Assembly (NCBI GenBank): GCA_030704615.1
Contig: CM060733.1
Span: 33,728,001 to 33,792,000 of the forward strand
Origin: Takakia lepidozioides
Taxonomy: Eukaryota; Plantae; Bryophyta
Direction of reading: 5' to 3'
Length of the DNA stretch: 64,000 bases
Made by a program: the position numbers and the translations under genes. This document shows, one piece after another, positions 51,274 through 62,085 of the stretch. Below the pieces are notes generated by a model. That model was given only the letters and a program-made list of their open reading frames with translations, was not told where the DNA came from and did no database searches. How positions within the stretch are numbered: the stretch's first letter is position 1; each line of letters opens with the position of its first letter.

Positions 51274-52705
51274 ACTCCCATGCACAAGTCCACGCCCCTG
51301 CCCTTCCCCTGCTTCACCAACCTAATCTTATGCCCGCCGCAGCCCAGTCAAGCCCCCTTTCTCACCTTCTCCAGCTGCCCACCGTCAGTCCACATCCCCC
51401 ACACCCCAATCCCACAACCGAGCAGATCCAATCAAGAAATGCCTAACCCAATGACACCCTCAATGCGTTCCATACGCCACCGACAAAGGGATCACAGACT
51501 GCATGCCCACAACCACAACTTTTCTTGTTCCAAACTGCTGCCTCTCTACGCCATAGCCGGGCATTCAAAGCTCCAGGAAGCAAGGGACGGTAGAAAGAAG
51601 GCAGACTCTCTTTCTCACTGAGGGTTTCTTTTGCATTTCCTCATACTCTGGATTTGCCCACATTCTTTTATACATGACATGTTTTGTGACACATCATGGG
51701 TTGTTTTGTTGCCAATCTTTTTTTGGGCTGTTCATCACACTGAGGCATTTTTTGCGGTTGAGATCGGAGTTGCAACAGAGCTTCTGTTGCCCCTATTGGT
51801 GGGATGCAGGCTACTGTCCAATCAGTTGTCAACAAAAGCTACCCAAATTGGGCACATCATCCACTTACAATCAAAGCTTAGATAATTCTCTGAGTATTCA
51901 CCAAATTAGGTTATGGTTGTCAGAGATGGATTAAGGAAGCTCTCCCCTAAACAGTTTCAAGGAAACTAAGTAGGTATTCCTGAAGTCTACAGAGGTAGGG
52001 ATAGTTTTACTGGTGAATTGCAAAGTGAGGTACATGATAGGATCCAAGGTGTTGCAGCTTTCAGTAGTCGTGAGAGCTCAGTTTGATGCACTGCTCTGAC
52101 ATCTTCATATTCTTTCTTGTAGGAAAAAGCAATCCTGCTGGAATGAACAAGAATATGATCATCTGCTTAGTAAAACCTGAGAGGTATGTTAATGCACACT
52201 GCTCTGGGTCCAGTCTCAAGTACTTTCAGTGAGCTGTGTTACTTTTCTGAGGAGGGCCTTTGCTGGGAGAAAATGACTGAAGGGGGTTATTCAGCTGGAT
52301 CAACCTTATGCATTAAGGCGTCGATTTCCAATAGACGCATGTCGCGAGATCTTAAGCCTGTAATCAATAATGGCCAAGTCAGATGTAGTGAAACCAAATA
52401 ATCAACTTGCATGCAAATTAACCCTGCCTCGCAGAAGCAGCTTCAACACCCTCCAACGGTGTTCCTACACAAGGGAGCTTGGTGGAAATAATCAGTGGGG
52501 AAGAGGAGGCAAGAATTGGTATCTAAAGTTGATTTCTTCTCAAAGAATGCACTCAAGTATCAAGAGAATGATTGGCTTGTAAGGAGTTGGCTTGTTGCAG
52601 CTGAGAGTTCCACAAGTCTCCCACTTTCTATCTCCCACTTTCAAAGTGGAGCGAATATTGCTGAGAGACCTGGTAATCCAGTTTTCCTTCCTCTACACAT
52701 TAAAA

Positions 52706-54341
52706 TCAAGAGGGTGCAATGGAGACCCTTTGAAGCTGCACAACATACTCAAGTGAAGCTCCACCTGGAACCCTCACACCTTCACCCAGGATTGCACCAG
52801 TGTCCCCAAAGCCAAGTTCCGGTGGGATGATGACTCGTCTTTTGCCACCCACTTTCATGGACCGAAGTGCATATTCCAAGCCGTCGCACATGCCCCGTGA
52901 GTAAGGTCTGGCTCCAAAGACAAAGGCCAGAGAGCGCTGGTTTCCAGACAAGGTGTCCACAAAGACTTCGCCTGTACTCACAACTTTCCCTAATAGATCA
53001 ACCACCACCAAGTCACTCCGTTGGGGAGAAGACCCTCCTCCCGCTCGCAAATCCGCGTAGTGAATGTTATTTGGAAGGATAACTTCTTTTGCACTCTCTA
53101 CATCCCTGGATATATCAGCAGAAGTACCCTCAGTGCTGACCTTACACTAAAAACTTATGTGCAACATTGCAGTCATTCAAGTTAGTCTTCTTGTATCTGC
53201 TTTTCTATAGAGGAAGTCGACAAGAACGGAAAATCTGCTCAAAGTGAGATATAATTCAGCTGGTTCAGAGGAAAAGCCTCTACAGGGATGTGCTGAGGTG
53301 AGCATCAGGCGTCTGGGATAGATCAGTTAAGGCTCATATCTGAAATGACCTAGGACGTCTACCAAAATGCCAGAACCAAAAAGACTGCTGGATGAGCATG
53401 GTGATTGGTAGACAGCTAGCTTAATCCAACCTTATCACTGGACGTTCGGCATATTATACTTCTACTTTACTACCGGACCCAAACGGACAGGAAAACAGCC
53501 ACACGAGCACCAATGCAAGCTCTACAGAAATTGGCGAGGCAGAACATATAATGAGAGATGAGAGGCTCTAATCCAGATTATTCCTCATCACTGGTAGAGT
53601 GTATGTTTGCTGGTGTTATGGTTCTTCCAAGTACTTGTGCTGAATTTCAAGTGATTGCAATCTAGTTTTCCCTGCACCAGAGTCTTCTCTCATAGAAACC
53701 CTTATTCGATGGCAACAATGTCTAGGCAGGATGACACGCTACTCAAGGAATTTGGCATGGAGGCACCGAATAATTCTGTCCACTAGTATTCTTAAGACTT
53801 CTGGCCATCTGCAAGTGTCGAACTGTTAGCCTTGAGCATAATAAGTGTACCTGGTTCCCTGCTCCTCCAAAAATACTTCCGTGCGCGTCTTAATCTGCTC
53901 CGAGATCACACCAAAGGCAAGCAGTCCCACCCATGCTAACCCCGCTCCCAGTCCGAATCTGCGAGTGAGAGACGATGCTATCCAATCTGTTGAGTCTGCC
54001 GACCTAGTTTCACCCCTCTTTGTGCGCGCACTTGCTGCATCTCCATTATTTCCCCCGTCTTGCAATGCCCGTCTTTCCGAAGACTCTCCTACTTCAGTCT
54101 CAGACGGTGAGGGGGACGCCGATGTAGTGGAGTCATCCGAGGCCGAGCAACGGACTACCCAACTTTGCTGCGCTGCTTTTAGAAAGACTGATGTTGCTGA
54201 AGGTGGAATTGCGTTTGAGGATAGCAATAGCGGATTTGCGGAGAGGGGCCTGAGCTTCCTATCACAGTGCGATGTGACAGAAGAGGGTGCGTGCAGCAGG
54301 CATGGCGCACTCATGGCCATCACTCCAAATGCTTCAAACAT
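52706..54341 (-). CDS. FKBP17-2: Chloroplast FKBP-type peptidyl-prolyl isomerase, FKBP17-2/17-3-like (exons 54341-53851 and 53105-52706)
   Basis: Transit peptide, STDWIASSLTRRFGLGAGLAW..GVISEQIKTR, MKVGGKRRVIIPPELGFG, RVSIAPS. Start could also be the ATG at 54320. Confidence 0.88.
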
Positions 54342-55743
54342 TCCTAAGATTGCTTCGGGAAAGATACAAAGGCTTTGAGCTCGACATCCGTGGTCAGACT
54401 CATGGTGAAAAGTGAGCTACATCTTCTTGCGGTGCGAGATTTTTTCTTTCTCCGAAAAAGGGGACAGAGGCCCTTCAAATCAGATTGAAAGCGAGAAAAA
54501 TGTAAGAGCCGTGAGGCTGACAAATGAGCTTCCACCAAAGTTACGGACAGAAACAGTGAAACAAGGTGCAAGATGATGACTCTGAGAATATATTCTGCGA
54601 CTTCAATCGCTCTTATTAGCAGTCCTGTTTTCGGGGTTATCTTTGCTTTCACTTTGCAGAAGAGATTTGTCTCGAATCCAGCAGGCTTTCTTCAACACAA
54701 CATTTTCATAAACAATATCACATCTGACATCACATTTACATTTGTATCCCCAAAAAGGTCTCAAGTGAAGAAGTCATTCTGAAAATGCAGATCACAGTCC
54801 TAACATGGGAGCTCAGCACTCGACCACGTCCTCATGTGACATTGGAAGCTCGGTGACCACAACTATTAGTAATCAGGGAACATTTGCTGGTGAAGATTGA
54901 CAAAGTACAATTTGATGATCCATCTTCGCAGCTAGAGGCATAAGGAACTCAACTACAGGAAGGAATGAAAGGAAGGGAAGAAACAGAGTATGCAGGCAGA
55001 TTAAAGGCAAGAGGCTCAAGAGGCAAGAGGCAAAATGAAACAATACTTTTCAAGGATTCACATTTTCTCAAATTGACAACCCTGCCTGGCAGCAGTGATT
55101 GGAAAGATCTTTGCAAAAAAGTAGAACTCTGCTCACAGTGAATGGCACAGAACTGTGTACACTATCAAGTTGGTGATACTGCAAAACTGTAACTCTCCTC
55201 TCTTATACAACATATCTAAAAACTGACTGCCAAATAGCTCTTGAAAAGTGCAAGAGGAAGTTGCATAAGCCCGCACAGGATGATCTATTGAATACAAGAA
55301 AGATAAAGATGTTGTTAAACTCAAAAAGCAAACAGAAAGTTCATGGTTGGGCAAATGAAGCTGCTTACATCTGGTTTAGGTTAACAGGTAGCACATGGGA
55401 ACACAGTAAACCTAATGTCTTCACCAGCACAAAGGCAATCCGTTGCAAATTACCTGGAATTCTGAACAGGCTCAAACTCAATCGAAGGCTTCGACCCCAA
55501 TAGCATTTACCATCTCCTTGCAGGGAGATCCAAATTTCATTGAACTGTTTTGGAGTTTGACTAACTCTTGAGACTATATGCCAAGTTCCATCATGCAAAG
55601 TTTAAAGCAATCTTACACAACCTCATATAGGAAGTCCGATACAGAAGCTGACATTCTGCATATCAACCAGGAAACAAGTGAAGGCAATATGGTGCAAACT
55701 TTACTGCAAAAATAGAGAACGGTCCCACCACCTGGGAATAGTC

Positions 55744-57002
55744 TTAGTAGACAGGAGTCTTCTCTACATCCTCCAGCACGCTTATCTTGTGGGGCTTAGC
55801 CAGAAAATCAGTGAATTCCTGGAAAGGAGACTTAGAGAAACGTGTCTCCTTCCACAAATCTGGAGTCAAAAATCCGTAGGTCTTCAACAAACATTCGAAG
55901 GTTGCCTGCAGCATCCATCCATCCCAACAGCTGTAAGAAAGGAATCCAGAATAGGGGCTCCTTCCCAAGAGATGATCACAGTACAAAGACAGCATCAATG
56001 CAGACTAAGGGAAGATTAAAGGTGATGATTCAGTAAATATCCAGTTACGGTGAGTTCAACTTTAGGGTGCCATATTATCAAATTCATGAAGACTTCAGTG
56101 ACTACCAATACAGGCTATCACGACACCGAAATCTAGTAGGAGGAACTCGTCCAAAGCTTCGCAATACTCAGATGACAGGCAAGACACGGCAGAACCTTTG
56201 ATATCACTGAACACAAACACAGGCCCTCCCAAGAGCAAATTTTCTACGGCACATGCATGGCCTCCAATTCTTCGAGGTTGCCTCCTAACGACACTGAAGG
56301 AAGATAAAAGTTCAATAACAATTTGCACACCTTGACAAAGTTCCCCAGAGTCTTGGTGGAGCCACGGGATGAAGTGAACACGTCATCGATCCCAGCAAAC
56401 TGCAAGACCTTCTTGGGCACGCGGGCAGCCACGATACCCGATCCTCTTGGAGCAGGAACTAACCTGACCGTCACAGAGCCGCACTTGCCAGTCACCTTGC
56501 AGGGTACAGTGTGGGGCTTTCCAATTTTGTTACCCCAGTACCCTCTTCGGACGGGGATAACAGACAGCTTTGCCAGAATGATGGCACCCCGGATTGCAGT
56601 GGCCACCTCCTTGCTGCACTTCACTCCAAGCCCGACATGGCCATTGCTGTCCCCAACCACAACGAAAGCCTTGAACCTGGTGCGCTGCCCAGCCCGGGTT
56701 TGCTTCTGCACCGGCATAATTTTCATCACCTCATCCTTCAATGCAGCTCCCAGAAAGAACTCCACAATCTGGTGCTCCTTGATTGGCAGCGAGAACAGGT
56801 ATATCTGCTCCAGAGACTTGATCTTGCCGTCCTTCACCAACCTCCCCAGCTTGGTCACCGGCACCCATTTCTCCTCCTCTTCACGCTTGGGACCGCGTCG
56901 GCCACCTCTGCGATCGCCCCGGCCTCTGTCCCCACGGCCTCCCCTGTCGCCCCGACCAAAGCCACGGCCAAAGCCGCCCCGCTCACCTCCCCTCTCCGCC
57001 AT
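55744..57002 (-). CDS. RPS2: 40S ribosomal protein S2 (uS5), exons 57002-56331 and 55905-55744
   Basis: RGG-rich N-terminus, [37 protein letters not shown]|[18 protein letters not shown]. Confidence 0.97.
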
Positions 57003-57089
57003 CGCTGCTGCACTTGCAGCTCCTGCGCTTCGAAGAGAGAGAAAAAGGGCGATGGCGTAGCGCCGCTCTCCCCTTCACCCCTCCCGACC

Positions 57090-57232
57090 CTGCCCCCAAC
57101 CCTAACCCTAGCTCTGTCTGGACGACATCCATCCATTTCTATCATCCAGATTCTCGGTCCCGTCACACTTCCCGAGCCTGCCCCCAACCCTAGCTCTGTC
57201 TGGACGACATCCATCCATTTCTGTCATCCAGA
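57090..57232. promoter_or_regulatory. Duplicated ~55-60-bp unit with telo-box-like AACCCTA motifs upstream of RPS2
   Basis: ctgcccccaacccta(acccta)gctctgtctggacgacatccatccatttct.tcatccaga occurs twice; telo-boxes are common in plant ribosomal-protein promoters. Confidence 0.55.
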
Positions 57233-57394
57233 AAACTGGGGACGAGTAGCCCCAGTTTGGCCAAAAGTGGGGACTAGTTAAGAAACTGGGGACTGGCTAT
57301 CATTTTGGGATGTTATTCCGGGAGGCTTCTCTTTCCTCCTTGGAGAGCAAGTTGGCTTATTTACTGACCAGGGTGTGTGTGCCTCATGGTGTAA

Positions 57395-57845
57395 CCAGGA
57401 TCGCTGCTGCTGGAACAAGTTGCCCCCCAAAGGATGGCGCAATCTCTAATCTCTACTCCACCCTTGACCGCCTCTCATTGTTGACCGCCTCTCCTGAATT
57501 CGATAGAGATGTCAACTGGCGTCACATCCGGACTTCATCAAAACCCTCCCCCCTCCACTTTCGCTAATTATCACGCCTTACTAGCCTAAAGCCCTCTGTC
57601 CTAGCTTTGGATTTTCCTTCTCTATATGCTTGTTTTCTTTCATAAGCCTTCGCGCTAGAAAATCCAAAGCTAGGACAGAGGGCGTTAGGCTAGTAAGGCG
57701 TGATAATTAGCGAAAGTGGAGGGAGGAGGGTATTGATGAAGTCCGGATGTGACGCCAGTTGACATCTCTATCGAATTCAGGAGAGGCGGTCAACGGTGGA
57801 GTAGAGCCTTTCAGGGGCAACTTGCTCCAGCTGCAGCGATACTGC
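57395..57845. repeat. Long inverted repeat: core arms 57480-57616 and 57658-57794, with looser outer arms
   Basis: 137-bp arms with about 3 mismatches and a 41-nt loop; outer pairing ctctactccacc/ggtggagtagag and gctggaacaagttgcccc/ggggcaacttgctccagc. Confidence 0.92.
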
Positions 57846-58732
57846 AAAGTGCTGACACATTGGATTCCTTGGAGCCCCCATGTCGATTTGATGGACTCGT
57901 GGATTGCAGCTGCATTTTGTGGAGCTCTTTGGATCCTATTTGGTTCTTGGGTTTGCCACTCATGAATGGTCTGTAGTTTGATCCAGGGGAGTGGACCTAG
58001 ATGGATACCCCCAACTCCATTCTTTGGGTACATGGGAGAGCTGGGCTACACCCGGCTTGTCCCAACTTCTTCTTTTTCCAGAAAGTAGAACTCTTAGTGG
58101 GCTCTCCCTCATAGCACCTGTCGGAAACCACTTTGAAAGGATGTCTGACGGAAGGATTGAACAGTGAAGATAGCTATTTTTTTCTTGAAACTCTACAATC
58201 GTATTTTTCCCAACCAAGAATTTTTCTCCTTTCTTTCCTCCATAGCTCGCTGTTATTTTCCTTTTTTCTTTTTGGTTACAGGGTAGGATCTCCTCTAGTT
58301 TAAGTCTTCATGGCTTTTTCGAGGTTATCTTTTCGTTGATCACTTGTTCATTTTGGTTCTTTTCCATTTTGGTCCTTTTCGACCCTCGGTTTATAAAGTT
58401 TTAAGGGCAAATCGATTGCGAAAAGTTGAGATTGCGCCATCCTTTCAGGGGCAAATGGCAGATCTTCTCCCTTCGGGAAGTTAGTCCATCCATCACTGAC
58501 TACGGTGTGTGTACCTCATGGTGTAATAACTTGATGAATTAGGAGTATACTGCAATTTCAAGGCCTCCGTTTCCCTCTCCTTCTGTAGTATGTAAATTCA
58601 TTGCTAGGATCAACAACTTGCAATACAGATGATGGTATTAATAAAAATGTTTCTAACTTCTCACATGTATTTGCTTTTGGGAAAAATTGCACGGAAACCC
58701 CAATTGCACTAGAACCCAAGGAAATAATAACC

Positions 58733-59540
58733 TTAGGAAGGATCCATGAGGTGTATTTTACACCTGCATTTCCATAAATTCCACAAGGTTAGTGCGAGTA
58801 AAGAGGAATTCCAACAGTTTGATGCCAGGGTTGATTCACAGTGGCCCAATTGGAGTAAAAACTTCGCACATAGCCCAAACAGAGAGAAACAGGAAAATAG
58901 GGAAACAGGGATATCATTGGTAGTCAATGATATCTCAATGCTCGATCAATTACATTTGACCAATGAGACAGGTTTGACAACACATGTTCGCGGGCATGTG
59001 AGAGGATTGACATGTTGTTAGCAAGTATCCATAAAAATGCCCCGACTTTTGCAGACCAGTGTTTCCACCATACCTCAGGCCAAACCAGATTCCAAGTGAT
59101 GGGCTTGTCTGAAAGCCACGACCACTTAGCATCCAAGGTAAGGAAAGTTGCAATCTATAACATAGCTTAACGAAGTAAGCAAGAAAGGGATGCAGGGGAC
59201 CAGATAGCTAGCAGTTCCACTCCCCAAGATCAAGATTGAGATTGTGGAGAGGGGCTTTCAAAAACCTTTCCACGCTGGAAGAGACCAAGAAGGAGGGTCC
59301 ATCCTCATCAACTTACATTTCCCAAGTTGGCTCCGTTTGCAATGAATAAATGTGAGATATCATTGACTACCAATTTCTTGAAATACTGTTTAGCACTGAT
59401 AACAATCGAGTGACAACCATACCAGTATTCACCCCCGCAACACCCATTCCATTGGAATTGTACATAACGACACGGGAGCAGATGCCTACAACACATGCGG
59501 CAGCAAAAATTCATTGCCCTCTTCTCTAGACAATGCAAGC
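58733..59540 (-). mobile_element. Highly degenerate L1-type LINE ORF2 3' fragment (zf-RVT region)
   Basis: WNLVWPEVWWKHWSAKVGAFLWILANN, CQTC and LTLWNLWKCRC in broken frames. Confidence 0.65.
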
Positions 59541-60539
59541 TACTTCACACCTTATAGATTTTCACAAAAGACTCAAGACACTAGAAGTGCAATTTGCAAA
59601 TGGGCCTCTTCATAAGTCAAGAAACCAGCAAAAACTCTCTTTTCTGTTCCTCATTTTGCAATTTCGAAGAAGGTGAGTGACAATGTGTACCTCTCATTCT
59701 GAGGAAGCTCTTATGCACGTCATGTACAAGGTCCAATTATGACCTTCACCCAGGAGTAGCTTGCTAGACATCCCTTTAGCTCCACTAGCCTAGCCTATAC
59801 CAGATGCAGAGAGATGGATAGATCTCATTGCTAGAGATAGGTACCAGTGCTACATTTTCATGCACTCCAGAAGACCACATTAGTCTCCTCCGTCATACAA
59901 AAATCCAACGAGCTCCCCGTCTTGAAATATCAACCAACCCAGGTCATGTGGATCACCTTGATCATCAACACCCAAATTAACGCCGAATGAGTCTTCCTGA
60001 AGCATTGTCGATGAAGACTTGGAGCCTTCTTGAGACCTAAATAGACAATTCGTCCTGTCCAGCCTCACACCTTCCTTGAGAGCTTGCATAAGACGTGGAA
60101 AACCCTGCACATCCACAAGCATGAACCTGTTCGCCACAAGACGATCTTGGTAGAACTCTTTCTTTTGCCGAGCAAAAATCTTCTCCCCGAGAAGATGCTT
60201 CCGAGATCGCACTTCGTCATTATCATCACTAAGCACTAGAGGATAACCATCGGTATCATAATCATAACCGGCGTCCAGTAATTTGGCGTCCAGTAATTTG
60301 GCGTCATCGTCGTCCAATTTCTCCTCATCTTCCCCTTCCTCTTCAGAATGCTCCTCGACTTCATCTTCATCGTCATCACTATACATTAGAGGATAACCAT
60401 CTAAATCATAACCGACATCCAGTAATTTGCCGTCATCGTAGTCCAATTTCTGATGAAACCCTGTAAGACTTTATTTACAACATGTACAATGGGTGAACGA
60501 TGAGAAGTTCCAAAAAAGGGGGGGAGGAACAAGAAACAA

Positions 60540-60648
60540 GAGAAGAAAACAAAAAGCTATAGTAAGCTACTCAGCTAGAGAAGAAAACAAAAGCTATAGT
60601 AAGCTACTCAACCAGCGACGAAAACAGAAGCTATAGTAAGTTACTCAA
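60540..60648. repeat. Three copies of gaaaaca.aagctatagtaag.tactca in the retroelement 3' tail
   Basis: Directly visible at roughly 37-38-nt spacing. Confidence 0.85.
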
Positions 60649-60700
60649 GTAGAGCGACCCTCCCAGCCAACAACCTGGAGGAGATCTGGCAAGGAGATAG

Positions 60701-61015
60701 GGCCGTTGCATCCCATCCAATGCACGCTTAAGTAGTGCGGGTGACATCAAGTTAGTCCACCATAACCGTGGACGATGAGCTCGTGACCCCACTGCAGCTG
60801 CATCCAACAACACTGCTGACCCAAGCCACCTCCGGACTTGATGCACACTGGCCATCACCTTGGCCCGAGAATTGCCCATCAATGGCACATTTATGAAGCT
60901 GTAAGTAGCGCAAAACCTGCACCATCTCCCAAAACAGACCCGACCTCGAGTCTCGTAATCCATTGCCATGCCCGGCTGATGAATGCCCTTGGCAGGGCCA
61001 ACCTGCCACTACCAG
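60701..61015 (-). pseudogene. C5-cytosine DNA methyltransferase catalytic fragment (motifs IV to VIII)
   Basis: LVVAGWPCQGHSSAG.G.GL.DSRSGLFWEMV, frameshift, then NVP and LDAAAVGSRAHRPRLWWTNL. Confidence 0.82.
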
Positions 61016-62085
61016 ACGGAGCTAGCCACATCAACCCGATGCAAAATAGATATGGCTTGTGCTCTCTGCAAAGCAACTGAAACACGTTGTCGATAGTAGG
61101 CGACAAGGACGGAGGCATGTGAGATGCCAATGGACCTGCTCTTAGCTGCATGATGTGCACATATCCGCAGGAAATCGACGAAGTGCCGATGCAATGAGCC
61201 AAATATCTCGTCCGCCAGTGGAAGAAATGTGTCGGTGGGGTGACGATTGCTGTAGTCGCGCTCCTTGGCCTGAGTTGCTATAGTGGGTGCCGTGCCTGGT
61301 GTGATAGCTGCGCGAGATAGCAATTTCTCCTGCTCATAAATTTCATTGAGCCCCAGCTTGCCTACCTCCTCTTCCCCTTCCTCTTTAGAATGCTCCTTGT
61401 CTTCATCTTCGTCTTCATCTTTACCGGCTTTCGGAAGTGGCGGAGCTTTAGGAATTTTCTCCGGCTTGAGAATCTCTATCAAGAGCTATCCATGCAAATG
61501 CTTTGATTCTAACTTCCAACTACTGTCAGAGCTGGTGGGGCTTGTTGCTGAAGCTTCTTCTGCAATGAAGAAGTTGTGTCAAGTTATACCGGCTGTGACT
61601 GTTTCAAGTTATATGTACCATCTTTAATGTTGTCTGTTATGAAGTCCTTCAAACTCTGGAAGATGCCAAATGACTCTAACACTATGGAATAGTCAAGCCA
61701 ATGGCCTCAGTGCCTAGCCCACAAGGTGGTTTTTGTCCTATGGCACCCATTGCACCCTCACACTTTTAAAAGCTCAAAACCAAGCAAAGACGAGGACAAG
61801 CCCTGAATCTAGCTTTTCTACAGATCATCTGGATACAGAAATCAACCCCCAGTTCCGCAGGTTTCACAAGGATTGCCAGGGAACAATGAGACCCTGCTGC
61901 CACTTCTGGCACTTCTGTTGCTGGTAGTGGGCCCCAGCAGCTTGCAATTACAAAATGGTAACTGAACATTACAATCAGAACCATACTTTCTGTGGCTCCT
62001 CTGAATCTATCAATAATCTAAATTGGGGTCAAGGTCCATGGTTCTAGCGCTAGCCCACAGTAAAATGTTGCCTGAAGCCTCAAAA

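Larger units (their letters stand above)
60452..61320 (-). mobile_element. 5'-truncated non-LTR retrotransposon (CRE-like restriction-like-endonuclease C-terminus) with 8-bp TSD
   Basis: AKERDYS..FLPLADEIFG..RQRVSVALQRAQAISIL; TSD caatttct at 60444-60451 and 61321-61328; 3' tail with three short repeats and AATAAA. Confidence 0.75.
59880..61560 (-). pseudogene. Unknown acidic-repeat protein gene, interrupted by a retro-insertion at 60452-61320
   Basis: Removing the insert and one TSD rejoins ..EIYEQEKL|DYDDGKLLD.. in frame. Repeated units DEDE..EHS.EEGE.E and KLLD.GYD..DGYPL; an in-frame TAG lies just upstream of LLIEILK. Confidence 0.65.

Noticed and set aside
56094-56212. C/D snoRNA in the RPS2 intron (ttcagtga..tcactgaa stem)
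   Set aside because: No proper C box (RTGATGA) and no recognisable rRNA guide.
56323-57281. 245-aa and 256-aa plus-strand ORFs
   Set aside because: Antisense to the GC-rich RPS2 exon.
58679-58710. Mutator-like terminus gggaaaaattgcacggaaacccc
   Set aside because: No partner inverted repeat found in the window.
60540-60648. CRISPR-like repeats (also 46240-46568)
   Set aside because: No unique spacers of proper length, no cas genes, eukaryotic context.
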